Of a DNA stretch of 64,000 bases, positions 7,891-17,436 are shown in pieces. The translations under genes and the position numbers were made by a program. The stretch is taken from NCBI GenBank assembly GCA_963737635.1, contig CAVTTL010000001.1, positions 224,001 through 288,000 on the forward strand. The letters are read 5' to 3'. The DNA is from an uncultured Methanoregulaceae archaeon (GTDB taxonomy: Archaea > Halobacteriota > Methanomicrobia > Methanomicrobiales > Methanospirillaceae). Position 1 is the stretch's first letter. Every line of letters starts with the position of its first letter. Below the pieces are notes generated by a model. That model was not told where the DNA came from and searched no databases. It saw nothing but the letters and a program-made list of their open reading frames with translations.

Positions 7891-8598
7891 TCACTCTCTT
7901 TTTCTGGCGTTAAACACGGCCAAAAGGACCACCCCCATAAAAACCGCAATAACCGGTACTATCACGGGAACGGGAGTGCCCTGCCCGGCTGGAGAGGGTG
8001 TGTTTCCTGAGCCTGTGCCCATTGGTGATGACGATTGCACCCCGGCAGGGGTTGTGGATGTCGGGGTGACGTTGTTCTCCGGCGGAACGATACCAAAAGT
8101 CTGTTGGGCTGCTACAGAAGGCCCAAGGGGGGTTGAAGATTCAACATTCGCCACGTATTCACCGGAGTACACCCTCGCAAACACGGGTGCCGGATGATAC
8201 GAGGGAGATTCGTTATATCTCTCCCATTGGGAGGGGATAATTGCCGCAGACCAGGTACCGATCCCATTTTCCCCGGGCTGGATGGATGCGTTTGTCCTAT
8301 AAAACGATGAACCAAAGCCCCCGGGGTTAAAACCGGACCACTCGATATCCAGGATAAGAGACTTCTCCCAGGTACCCAGGTTCGTTGTCCCGTTCACAAA
8401 AAACACTTCGCCGACCGCATGGTCCCCGATGGGATCGATCGTAATAAACGGTATTCCCGGAGAGGTCGTGGGGATCGGGTTCAGGGTGACATGGCTCGCA
8501 CCAATAGTGACAGATCCGGCAGGCGCCGCTGGCACCACCAGGAGGGCTGCGGCGAACAGGAAGGTAAGAAAGAGTATCTCTGACTTCATGTCATTCAT
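7891..8598 (-). CDS. Secreted, C-terminally anchored surface protein (ITIDPIG..NGTTNL domain)
   Basis: Signal peptide, conserved domain, T-rich linker, TM helix plus basic tail. Paralog at 58355-58956. Confidence 0.8.
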   Translation of the reverse strand: MNDMKSEILFLTFLFAAALLVVPAAPAGSVTIGASHVTLNPIPTTSPGIPFITIDPIGDHAVGEVFFVNGTTNLGTWEKSLILDIEWSGFNPGGFGSSFYRTNASIQPGENGIGTWSAAIIPSQWERYNESPSYHPAPVFARVYSGEYVANVESSTPLGPSVAAQQTFGIVPPENNVTPTSTTPAGVQSSSPMGTGSGNTPSPAGQGTPVPVIVPVIAVFMGVVLLAVFNARKRE

Positions 8599-8699
8599 GG
8601 TTTTCTTTCATTCGATCTGATATATTTTTTTGATCGTCTTTAAAGAGGAGAACCTCTTCGGAATCGATTTTTTTTCAAATAGATAAAAAAAAGAGCGAG

Positions 8700-8772
8700 C
8701 GCCCAGGTCGGAATTCGAATCCGAGTCGATTGCGTGACAGGCAATCATGATAGGCCGCTACACTACCTGGGC
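8700..8772 (-). tRNA. tRNA-Asp(GTC)
   Basis: GCCCAGG acceptor stem, ATTGC-CTGTCAC-GCAAT anticodon arm, TTCGAAT T-loop. Confidence 0.95.
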
Positions 8773-8787
8773 ATGTGATACAGTAGA

Positions 8788-8893
8788 TCCCGCCTCCCGG
8801 ATTCGGACCGGGGACATCGCGGTAGCCGCGCAGTTGCCGATACCGGCAAACCATACTACAGCCGCGCACTCTACCAGGCTGAGTTAAGGCGGG
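8788..8893 (-). tRNA. tRNA-Tyr(GTA) with ~32-nt intron at 37/38
   Basis: CCCGCCT...CGCGG-CTGTAG-[intron containing a hairpin]-ACCGCG...GGCGGGA. Confidence 0.92.
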
Positions 8894-9047
8894 GCACTGC
8901 CTAATAATGTAGGGACAGTTTCGTATTAAACGTATCGTACGTTTATCCGTTTCTCTGGCGGCCAAACCGAAGAAAAACAGAAATCTGGTGCAGGGATTCT
9001 TTAAATAATCCGGGTGCTTACAAGAATAACCATGACTCGCAAGGATT

Positions 9048-10565
9048 TTGCGGGGGATCGTCTTCTTCACCGATAGCCGTGCGCATGAAGACGTGACCGT
9101 TTTTGATACTACGCTCCGGGACGGAGAACAGACCCCGGGGATAGCATTCACGTTTGAACAGAAGATCGAAATTGCCCGTCAGCTCTCAGCCATCGGTGTC
9201 CATACCATCGAAGCAGGGTTTCCTGCATCCTCGGCCGCCGAGAAAGAGACCGTTTCTGCCATCAAAAAACTGGGATTAGAAACCAACGTCTGCGGACTTG
9301 CGCGATCTGTCAAAGCCGACGTCGATGCCTGCATCGACTGCGACGTTGACATGATCCACGTGTTTATCCCGACCTCGGATATCCAGCGGGAGAACACCAT
9401 CAACAAGACCCGGGAGCAGGTGCTCGAGATCACCGATGGGATCATCCGGTACACCAGGAAACATGTCAGTATGTGCATGTTCTCACCCATGGATGCGACC
9501 CGGACCGACCCCGACTACCTGGTCGAGGTCTGCCGGACCGCATGCCAGGCCGGGGCGACCATCATCAACATCCCGGACACTGTGGGCGTCATCTCCCCAT
9601 CGGGGATGAAGGCACTGATGGGCCGGCTTGCAAAAGACGTAGACTGCCCGCTCGACGTCCACTGCCATAACGACTTCGGCCTCGCAGTGGCAAACACCAT
9701 CGCCGCGGTGGAAGCCGGCGCCTCTCAGGTCCAGGTGACCGTCAACGGCCTTGGCGAAAGGGCCGGCAACGCCGACCTCGCCCAGACCGTCATGATCCTG
9801 GAGTCGATCTACGGCGTCCACACCGGCATCAGGAAGGAACGCCTCGTCGAGACCTCGCGCCTTATCTCCCGGTTCTCGGGAATCGGGATTCCCCCCACCC
9901 AGCCGGTCGTCGGGGAAAACGTCTTCTCGCACGAGAGCGGGATCCACACGCAGGGCGTCCTCAAGTGCTCGGAGACCTTCGAGCCCGGCATCATGACCCC
10001 GGAGATGGTCGGGCACCGGCGCCGGTTGACGCTCGGGAAACACGTCGGCCGGCATGCGGTGCGCCAGATGCTTGCCGATGCCCATATCGAACCTGACGAT
10101 GCACAACTCGATGCGATCGTCGAGAGGGTCAAGGCAATCGCCAGCAAGGGAAAACGCCTGACTGACGCCGACCTGTACGAGATCGGCGGGAGTATCATGG
10201 GCACCGGGGCCGGGGAAAAGGTATTCCGGCTGGACGATATCGCGATCATGACCGGCAACCACGTTATCCCGACCGCAAGCGTGCGGGCCCAGGTCAACGG
10301 GTGCGAGCATGTCTTCTCCAGCGTTGGAAACGGCCCGGTGGATGCAGCGCTCAAGGCGATCCTCGGGATCATCCCGGCCCAGATCCAGCTGACCGAATTT
10401 CACATCGAGGCGATCAGCGGGGGTTCGGACGCGATGTGCCATGTGACCATTGCCGTCGCAGACGAACACGGGCGGATCTTTGACGCCAGTGGCACCGGCG
10501 ACGACATCGTGCTCGCCTCGGTCGATGCGCTCGTAAACGCGATCAACCTGACCAGCCGGGAATAA
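9048..10565 (+). CDS. leuA: 2-isopropylmalate synthase (LeuA/CimA family)
   Basis: DTTLRDGEQ, HCHND, GERAGN and a C-terminal regulatory domain (GNGPVDA); TTG start. CimA not excluded. Confidence 0.8.
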   Translation: MRGIVFFTDSRAHEDVTVFDTTLRDGEQTPGIAFTFEQKIEIARQLSAIGVHTIEAGFPASSAAEKETVSAIKKLGLETNVCGLARSVKADVDACIDCDVDMIHVFIPTSDIQRENTINKTREQVLEITDGIIRYTRKHVSMCMFSPMDATRTDPDYLVEVCRTACQAGATIINIPDTVGVISPSGMKALMGRLAKDVDCPLDVHCHNDFGLAVANTIAAVEAGASQVQVTVNGLGERAGNADLAQTVMILESIYGVHTGIRKERLVETSRLISRFSGIGIPPTQPVVGENVFSHESGIHTQGVLKCSETFEPGIMTPEMVGHRRRLTLGKHVGRHAVRQMLADAHIEPDDAQLDAIVERVKAIASKGKRLTDADLYEIGGSIMGTGAGEKVFRLDDIAIMTGNHVIPTASVRAQVNGCEHVFSSVGNGPVDAALKAILGIIPAQIQLTEFHIEAISGGSDAMCHVTIAVADEHGRIFDASGTGDDIVLASVDALVNAINLTSRE

Positions 10566-10764
10566 ACCCGGTCGTATCTTTTTTAGTTACTTGAAGAAAT
10601 CACCATTGAGAGACCTCAGGTAAAAATTACGAAAACGAGCAAAAAACAGGGTTCTGTTGCTCCGGTCGGCAACCAGTATTTCATTTCGTTAAAAGGGTCC
10701 AATCAACCGCCACAGCAACTGCACCAACCGAATATTCATTACCTTTCACTCCTGATCGGATACT

Positions 10765-10959
10765 ATGCACGATATTGTCAGCAGCAAAAAAATGGAGAAC
10801 GGGATCGTGGTGTTCTGGGACGAGAAGGGCGAAAAGAAATCCGAGTCATTCAATTATGCCGAACTGGTCGACATGAAGATCAACGCGCTTGATCTTCTTG
10901 ATCGCCCGAAATCCTACAAAATCGATACGGATGCACGCACGCTTATCTCAAAGAAATAA
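10765..10959 (+). CDS. Small hypothetical protein
   Basis: Clean 64-aa ORF with protein-like composition. Confidence 0.6.
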   Translation: MHDIVSSKKMENGIVVFWDEKGEKKSESFNYAELVDMKINALDLLDRPKSYKIDTDARTLISKK

Positions 10960-11121
10960 TCCGCAGATCCCGGTTCTTGGCTTGAGACCGTGCGGTACGA
11001 TCTTCTTGTTCCGGAAAGAACGTGAATGAATCTTTTTTCTTCGATAAAAGGGGGTAGTATTTGTCTGAAGATGATGAGAGCGTAATAGTCCCTTTTGGGG
11101 AATTCTCAAGAGCCGGAAAAA

Positions 11122-11430
11122 TTATTTTTCATTCTTTTCTGTCTGTTTCTCTTCTGGTTGTGCCTTTCCTTTTTCCTCGTCTATTTCACACTCGTCTTCG
11201 TCTTCTGCGTCGTCATCTTCCTCGTCTTCGTCTTCAGTCTGGCTCTTTTCCTGGACCAGAAAATAAATCACAAGCGTTATGACGGCCGCAACTCCTGCAT
11301 TAATAGCGAACGCTACGATACCGATAGCATTGGTAAATCCGCCGTTAAACACAAACGCGGTAATCGGAAAGTATACTGCCATAAAGACGAAGAACATCCC
11401 AAGAATTAAACCTGCATCCCGTTTTTTCAT
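11122..11430 (-). CDS. Two-TM membrane protein with acidic tail
   Basis: Two hydrophobic helices followed by a D/E run. Confidence 0.6.
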   Translation of the reverse strand: MKKRDAGLILGMFFVFMAVYFPITAFVFNGGFTNAIGIVAFAINAGVAAVITLVIYFLVQEKSQTEDEDEEDDDAEDEDECEIDEEKGKAQPEEKQTEKNEK

Positions 11431-11596
11431 GTCTGTTTCATTGGTTGTTTCAAAATATACATGTTGAGGTCGACAGAAACTCCCTGTAGAAATGCTCATA
11501 AAGATCTCGCTAAAACCCTTCAGAGTGATTTTATAGGTCTTAAAAGAAAAAATTGAGTATATTTAAAAGGTACATTGATCTGTGTGAGGCCCGGTA

Positions 11597-12352
11597 ATGA
11601 CACCCGTAACAAAGCTGATCATGAGTGCAGTGATTTTGATGGTGTGTATTCCGGCAGCTTCAGCAACGTGCAATCAGGTCAACAGTGGGGGTAGTGCTGA
11701 ACTCAACCGGACCGTTGTAGCGGTAAATTGCATCGATATCACGAACGCTATTTCAGAAGAAAACACAAACCTTCTGGCGCTCAAATCTGATATCGATACT
11801 AAATCTGCCATGGGAGTAGATACCTCGGCAGCCGAGAAAGATTATTTTAACGCCCAAACTCAAATCGCAAACGCATCATCACGGTCTGCTATCCAATATA
11901 CGGATGCCCTTGAGGATCTGAGTGTAGCACAGGCATCGGTCGAGGCTGGTAAGAGAGCAGTTGATAAAGCATGGGCCGAATCTGAGATCGCTACTGCACA
12001 AGTCCCCGTACATAATGTCGATTCGTTGATCGCTTTTTTCCAGGCCAATCAAAACACCGCACAGGACCCCAGATTGTCAACGATTATCGATGAACGAGAC
12101 AGTGCAATTGGGTATATATCACTGGCAAATGACGAGGTCTCAATGGGCAACTATACTCAGGCGCGTGTCAACGCGGAGGAAGCATACCAGATGGGGAATG
12201 AATCGTATGACGATGCACTTTACCTGTCAACTCCGATATGTGGCGATTGCGGACCGTCCCCTGAAATACTGCTGTATACTGCAACCGTCATTGGGGCAGT
12301 TGTCCTTCTCGTTGCAGGAATATTCTGGTGGAAAAAACGTAATCAACGGTGA
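11597..12352 (+). CDS. Secreted helical protein with C-terminal TM anchor
   Basis: Signal peptide; TM helix plus WWKKR tail. Confidence 0.7.
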   Translation: MTPVTKLIMSAVILMVCIPAASATCNQVNSGGSAELNRTVVAVNCIDITNAISEENTNLLALKSDIDTKSAMGVDTSAAEKDYFNAQTQIANASSRSAIQYTDALEDLSVAQASVEAGKRAVDKAWAESEIATAQVPVHNVDSLIAFFQANQNTAQDPRLSTIIDERDSAIGYISLANDEVSMGNYTQARVNAEEAYQMGNESYDDALYLSTPICGDCGPSPEILLYTATVIGAVVLLVAGIFWWKKRNQR

Positions 12353-12368
12353 AATTTCCTAAAAAACG

Positions 12369-12731
12369 TTATGCGGCGTTCGGGGCGCCTTTGCCCTCGA
12401 TCGCGGCCTTGATCTGGGTCTGGAGCTGCTCGAATTTGCCCTGCAGCATCGTCTCCTGTTTCTCGAGGGACTTGATCCGGAGTTCGAGCGTTTCAACCTT
12501 CTCGGTGAGCTTCTCGGTCACGTACTCCTTCTTCTTCTGCACCATGATGGTCCCAATGCTCATGTACATCGGCGTCTCATCGGCAGAGTCCTTGACTTCT
12601 TCCTCGGCACGCTTTGCCTCGCGGACCGCCATCTCGTACTGGGCCTTTTGCTGGACAACCGTCTGGAGCTGCTGCTGGACCTGCTGGAGCATGGCAATCT
12701 GGTTCTGGATTTTGGGGGATAGGTTCTGCAT
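12369..12731 (-). CDS. pfdB: Prefoldin beta subunit
   Basis: Coiled-coil LQQVQQQLQ...YMSIG...LELRIKSLEKQE; conserved gene order. Confidence 0.92.
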   Translation of the reverse strand: MQNLSPKIQNQIAMLQQVQQQLQTVVQQKAQYEMAVREAKRAEEEVKDSADETPMYMSIGTIMVQKKKEYVTEKLTEKVETLELRIKSLEKQETMLQGKFEQLQTQIKAAIEGKGAPNAA

Positions 12732-12811
12732 AGTCTTCCTATCAGGTTTCATCTGCCAGCATTAAAAATGATTCCGAACGTTTCACCGGCGGTTATTGAC
12801 CAGCAGCCTAT

Positions 12812-13048
12812 TCAGGCGATCTGCTGCATCTCGTCAGCGATGCTGACCAAGCGCAGGAACATGTTGAGCGCTGCACGAAGCGCCGCGATGTCCTGTGCTT
12901 CGATCCGCAGGACAAGCGTTGCATTCCCCTCGACCCAGCAGGTGGTCGCAGATCTCGGATTCACTTCATCTTTGAGCTCGGGAAGGAGTGAACGGTAGAT
13001 CTGCTCTGCGTGATCGGTCGTAAACCGGAACAGGGCTTCGTGCGGCAC
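12812..13048 (-). CDS. pcc1: KEOPS complex subunit Pcc1
   Basis: LRIEAQDIAALRAALNMFLRL; position between rpoP and pfdB. Confidence 0.85.
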   Translation of the reverse strand: MPHEALFRFTTDHAEQIYRSLLPELKDEVNPRSATTCWVEGNATLVLRIEAQDIAALRAALNMFLRLVSIADEMQQIA

Positions 13049-13114
13049 AGGAGTACCTCATCAAGGTAGTGGGAAAAACAAGAATAAAAATGAGCCGGGA
13101 ACTGCCCGGCGCTT

Positions 13115-13249
13115 TTACTGGGCTTTAAGCTCTTTTATTGCCGATCCGCGTTCCTTGAAGAGGATGCGGTGGCCGCAGTAGGGACACCGGACGTTGACGT
13201 CGATCTCTACTTTCTGTTTGCACCGTGCGCACTTGTATGTACTTGCCAT
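13115..13249 (-). CDS. rpoP: RNA polymerase subunit P (Rpo12)
   Basis: YKCARC...[14 protein letters not shown]. Confidence 0.93.
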   Translation of the reverse strand: MASTYKCARCKQKVEIDVNVRCPYCGHRILFKERGSAIKELKAQ

Positions 13250-13262
13250 TATGTAGTACCGG

Positions 13263-13580
13263 TTACTGGATCTTCTTCTCTTCAACAACGACGTTCGTGC
13301 GTTCGATCGCACGAAGGGCTACGCGGAGAGCCGGGGTCTCGGGCTGGTAGGTGCCGCCGGCAAACTTGTACCCGCACTTCCGGCATTCCCAGATGCCAGT
13401 CCCTTTCCTCTGCACGGACTGCATATCGCACTTGGGGCAGCGGTGTAGTGCCCGGGAAATCTTCTCCATCTCGGCGACACGCTTGCGCACAAACCGTCCG
13501 TACCGGCAGCCGAAACGTCCTGCACTACCGGTTACTTTTCCCTTTGCTGAACCTTTTGCTGAATGATCCGAGCTTGCCAT
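13263..13580 (-). CDS. rpl37ae: 50S ribosomal protein L37Ae
   Basis: [23 protein letters not shown]. Confidence 0.95.
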   Translation of the reverse strand: MASSDHSAKGSAKGKVTGSAGRFGCRYGRFVRKRVAEMEKISRALHRCPKCDMQSVQRKGTGIWECRKCGYKFAGGTYQPETPALRVALRAIERTNVVVEEKKIQ

Positions 13581-13620
13581 GATAGCCACCGAAATTGACT
13601 TTCTATATTTGTCCTCTCGA

Positions 13621-14325
13621 TTAATATACTTGATTGAGGATCTTTACCTGGCCTTCGCCTTTGCTGAGCTTGTTTACCAGATCGTAGAACTCAACCTGGA
13701 TGCCGGCCGGAATACGCACGACGCAGACCCAGGAACCGTCTTTCTGCCACTCGTCTTTTTCCATGGTGCTTGCCGCCGCAATATCCCCGTATGCGCGGGC
13801 CGCATGGTCGGGCGGGATCCTCACGGCGAGCCGGAGTTCCTCGAACCGGATGGGCAGGATCGGCCGGAGGGCTTTTACGGTCTCTTTGACCTGCTCGTCG
13901 ACATGCTTGAATGGATCGATATTGACCCGGGCCTGTTCCATGGCCATCTCGATCCGCGCCGGCGGGTGCGGGTGGCCGGTCTGGGGGTTGACCGCGTTTC
14001 GCGCAATAAACGTGATCACCTGCCGGCGCTTCTCCTCCATCATCTCTTTGCGCTGATCGGCAGTGAGGTGGATCTCGCCTTTTTCGATGATCTTCTTTGC
14101 GACGGTGGCAAAGTCCGTGGTATGGAACACTTTTTCCAGCGATTCCTCAGAGGCCCGGGTCGCCTTTGACGCATTCCCGAATACGTTTAAGGCGGCGACG
14201 GCATCTTCGATATTGACGGTTTCGCCCTGCCGTATCCGGGCTGCAAGATGGGGTTCTACGAGGATTTCGAACTTTTCCCCGTGGCTTTCCAGCCGGGCCA
14301 CCACTGCCTGCTCAAGAGAGATCAT
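13621..14325 (-). CDS. Ribosome assembly factor SBDS
   Basis: GEKFEILV...NPQTGHPHPPARIE. Confidence 0.93.
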   Translation of the reverse strand: MISLEQAVVARLESHGEKFEILVEPHLAARIRQGETVNIEDAVAALNVFGNASKATRASEESLEKVFHTTDFATVAKKIIEKGEIHLTADQRKEMMEEKRRQVITFIARNAVNPQTGHPHPPARIEMAMEQARVNIDPFKHVDEQVKETVKALRPILPIRFEELRLAVRIPPDHAARAYGDIAAASTMEKDEWQKDGSWVCVVRIPAGIQVEFYDLVNKLSKGEGQVKILNQVY

Positions 14326-14331
14326 ACCTGA

Positions 14332-15054
14332 TCACTGTTTGAACTGTTCGACGTACGATGCGACTTCTTCCTTGGTCATCTTCCGGAACGTTTTAGCCTC
14401 GCATTCGACGATACCCATCTCCACGGTATCGACGTCGAACTTGCCTTCGGTTGCCGAGTGCAGCGCTTTGAGGCCCAGCAGGATCGCGTCTTTGATCGAG
14501 AGGGTCGCGGTGTATTCCTCTTCAAAGACCTTCATCGCTGCCGGCCTGCCGATACCGATCCCGGTCGCCTTGTACTCCAGGAGCGTGCCGGAGGGGTCCG
14601 TCTCGAAGAGCCGGCACTCGCCGTCGCTTACCCCGGCAATCAAAAGGGCCGTGCCGTACGGGCGGATACCGCCGTACTGGGTGAGGGTCTGCATGTGGTC
14701 ACAGAGCTTCTTTGCGAGCGCCTCGACCTCGATCCGCTCATCATAGGAGACCCGGTTGATCTGGCATTCGATCCGGGCCCGGTCCACGAGCGCCCGTGCG
14801 TCGCCGACAAGGCCTGAGGAAGCGACCCCGATGTGGTCGTCGATCCTGAAAATCTTCTCGATCGATGATGATTCAAGCAGCTTGGAGGTGACGCGCTTGT
14901 CGACAATAAGCACGACGCCCCCCTGTGCCTTTATCCCAACTGCGGTTGTCCCGCGCTTTACTGCTTCCCGGGCATATTCTACCTGGTACAGCCTGCCATC
15001 GGGCGAAAAAACAGTAATCGCCCGGTCATAGCCCATCTGGTATTGTGGTTGCAT
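14332..15054 (-). CDS. psmA: Proteasome alpha subunit
   Basis: [20 protein letters not shown]. Confidence 0.97.
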   Translation of the reverse strand: MQPQYQMGYDRAITVFSPDGRLYQVEYAREAVKRGTTAVGIKAQGGVVLIVDKRVTSKLLESSSIEKIFRIDDHIGVASSGLVGDARALVDRARIECQINRVSYDERIEVEALAKKLCDHMQTLTQYGGIRPYGTALLIAGVSDGECRLFETDPSGTLLEYKATGIGIGRPAAMKVFEEEYTATLSIKDAILLGLKALHSATEGKFDVDTVEMGIVECEAKTFRKMTKEEVASYVEQFKQ

Positions 15055-15574
15055 GGATAATCTCCAGATCTTCTGTTGTTAAGAACAATCGGCGTGTATT
15101 TTTAAATCCCTTTTCTATGACATCAACCTTGTGACCGTGCCATGTCACGACCTCGACCGGGGTGGAACCGAACTGGTACCGGGGCATTCCGGGTGCCTCT
15201 TCCCCGGTTGAAACCGCATCCTCCGGTGCAGCCTGCAAGGGAAACGTGCCGATCCGCTCCCGCAGGCTCTCGATGGTCCCCGAGACCGCGAGGATACGCA
15301 ACGCCACCGGGCATTCCCGGCAGGCCGTGACCGTAGAGAGGGCGATGGCAAACTCACGTTCGGCACCACGGCGGCAGCGCAGGATCACGTACGCTCCTTC
15401 CACCGCGAGCACTGACGGCTGCATGGCGGCCGCCGCAATATCTCCAAACAGCGAGACGACCGCCTCGTACATCGCATAATACAGGTCCTTTGCTTCGATC
15501 CCTGTCCCGGCCGGGTCGAGACGGGCGAGGATATACCGCCGTTTTTCCCGGAGGGTGGGTGGGCGGACGCTCAT
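15026..15574 (-). CDS. rnp2: RNase P protein Pop5/Rpp14
   Basis: [16 protein letters not shown]. Confidence 0.88.
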   Translation of the reverse strand: MSVRPPTLREKRRYILARLDPAGTGIEAKDLYYAMYEAVVSLFGDIAAAAMQPSVLAVEGAYVILRCRRGAEREFAIALSTVTACRECPVALRILAVSGTIESLRERIGTFPLQAAPEDAVSTGEEAPGMPRYQFGSTPVEVVTWHGHKVDVIEKGFKNTRRLFLTTEDLEIIHATTIPDGL

Positions 15575-15604
15575 CGGATCACCGTCACAGCATCTCTGCC
15601 CGGA

Positions 15605-16216
15605 TCAGTTACCCGGCTCGACTCCGGCAAGTGCGGCCTGCACGTCTGTCTCACCCATACCAAACAGCGAACAGAGGCCGGTGACTTCCCGGACGGCTCT
15701 CATGTCGAGGACTGAATGAGCCGACGAAGAGATGGTAAGCGGGAACTCGAACCTGCGATAGAGGATCATCAGGTCGAGATAGCGGTGGATCGCCTTCTGC
15801 CGTGCGTGCCCGCGCCCGAAGAGCAGAGAGGACAGGTCGATGTCGAGGGCAGTCATATTGTCGGCGGCGATCTTGGCGGCCACGTGATCGAACGCACGCT
15901 TGTCGGCGGCACCTATACCCCGGAGAATATGGACGCCGTTCGTCCCGGCAACGGCCCGGTTGAAGCCGTTGTCTCCCATTGCTACGGCGATGACTGCCCC
16001 CGTGCCCCGGCTTTGCTTGGCCTGTTTCTGGACCTCCCGTGCCGGGATACCGGTAAGGAATGTGCCGGGGATCACGGCGATGCCAAAGACCTCGGCGGCA
16101 GGCGTATCTGCGGCAACGATGCTGTCGTACCCGCACGAACGCGCCTCGAGGGCGAGCCTGCGAAGAGAGGAATCACCGGCAGGATACGGAAATACACAGG
16201 CATCGGTGATCTTCAT
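15605..16216 (-). CDS. rnp3: RNase P protein Rpp30 (C-terminus possibly shifted by an indel)
   Basis: FDHVAAK, ISSSAHS..DMR; conserved neighbourhood. Confidence 0.85.
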   Translation of the reverse strand: MKITDACVFPYPAGDSSLRRLALEARSCGYDSIVAADTPAAEVFGIAVIPGTFLTGIPAREVQKQAKQSRGTGAVIAVAMGDNGFNRAVAGTNGVHILRGIGAADKRAFDHVAAKIAADNMTALDIDLSSLLFGRGHARQKAIHRYLDLMILYRRFEFPLTISSSAHSVLDMRAVREVTGLCSLFGMGETDVQAALAGVEPGN

Positions 16217-16248
16217 GAAGATACCTATAGCGGGAAAAAAGGATAAGA

Positions 16249-16840
16249 TTATTTGCCCTGATTGGCGTGGGAGCGGATGCTCGGGCGGGTCTTCTCGGTA
16301 CCCCGTCCTCTGGTCCTCATGCCACGGCCCTTGCGTCCTGCCGAGGTCTTGCCACGTTCTGCACGGCCGCGGTGGGTGGGGTTTGCGAGCCAGGCGAGGT
16401 TCTTATCGGCCCGGATTGAGGGGTGATGGCCGTCTACGAGGATAACCTCATAGTACTTCGAGCTTGCCATCCTGACCAACCCAGTACCAGTTGAGTACTT
16501 CCATGTTCGGGTACCGGCTGGATGCACGTTCCTCAGCAATCCGCTGGATGCTTTTTCCCGGGGTGCTCCGGTTCTTGCCCATCCGGGCTGACCGGCGTGC
16601 CCGGACATACCGGGAGACCCGGCGGCCACCGCGGCGGACCTGAACCCGGACAACGGCAATACCTTGCTTTGCCTTGTACCCGAGCGAACGGGCGCGGTCG
16701 ATACGGGTCGGGCGGTCGATACGAGTGACGCTGCCTTCGCGGCGCCAGTCCTGCATCCTGTTCCAGAGCAGTTCTTTCACGTCGGACTTGTCAGGTCGGG
16801 CCCATGCCTCCCTGACATACGCATACATCGATTTTACCAT
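16249..16840 (-). CDS. rpl15e: 50S ribosomal protein L15e (indel near 16462)
   Basis: [17 protein letters not shown] in the first ORF; YYEVILVD...[11 protein letters not shown] in the second frame. Confidence 0.93.
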
Positions 16841-16956
16841 TGGTATAACACCTCAAGGTTCGGCCCTGTGACGGGCTACATTCCTTTCAACGGGACGAAT
16901 CCCGTAGTCCTATAGAATTGGACAGGGAGGATATTAAAGTACCCGGGCACGACCTA

Positions 16957-17436
16957 TCAGGTCGCACACGGTGTCCCTTTTCGTTTCTTCACGACATGGA
17001 TACCCTCAATCCGGGTGACCGGGTACTGGCCGTTTTCGTCCTTTTCTGCGGACTTGACCATGTCCCAGATCGTGAGAAGCGCGACCGAGACGCCGGTCAG
17101 GGCTTCCATCTCTACGCCGGTCTTTCCGGTGGACTTTGTGCTCACGGTAGCCTCGATATACTCTTCACCCTCGGTAAAGTCCACCGTGATGGCACCAAGC
17201 AGGATCGTATGGCACAGCGGGACGATCCGGGGTGTGTCTTTGACCGCAAGCGTTGCAGCCACCCGCGCTGTCGCAAGCACATTTCCCTTGACGACAGTGC
17301 CTTCCCGGATCGCGGCAAGCGTTGCAGGCCGCAGGTAAATCCGCCCGGCAGCCACCGCTTCGCGCACGACATCCGCTTTCCCCGTGATATCCACCATCTG
17401 TGCCCTGCCATCCGCAATATGAGTAAATTCGACCAT
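16957..17436 (-). CDS. moaC: Cyclic pyranopterin monophosphate synthase
   Basis: MVDITGK, PLCH, TGVEMEALTG, IWDMVKS. Confidence 0.95.
   Translation of the reverse strand: MVEFTHIADGRAQMVDITGKADVVREAVAAGRIYLRPATLAAIREGTVVKGNVLATARVAATLAVKDTPRIVPLCHTILLGAITVDFTEGEEYIEATVSTKSTGKTGVEMEALTGVSVALLTIWDMVKSAEKDENGQYPVTRIEGIHVVKKRKGTPCAT

Noticed and set aside
11180-11240. (TCGTCT)n-like low-complexity tract
   Set aside because: Encodes the acidic D/E tail of a membrane protein.
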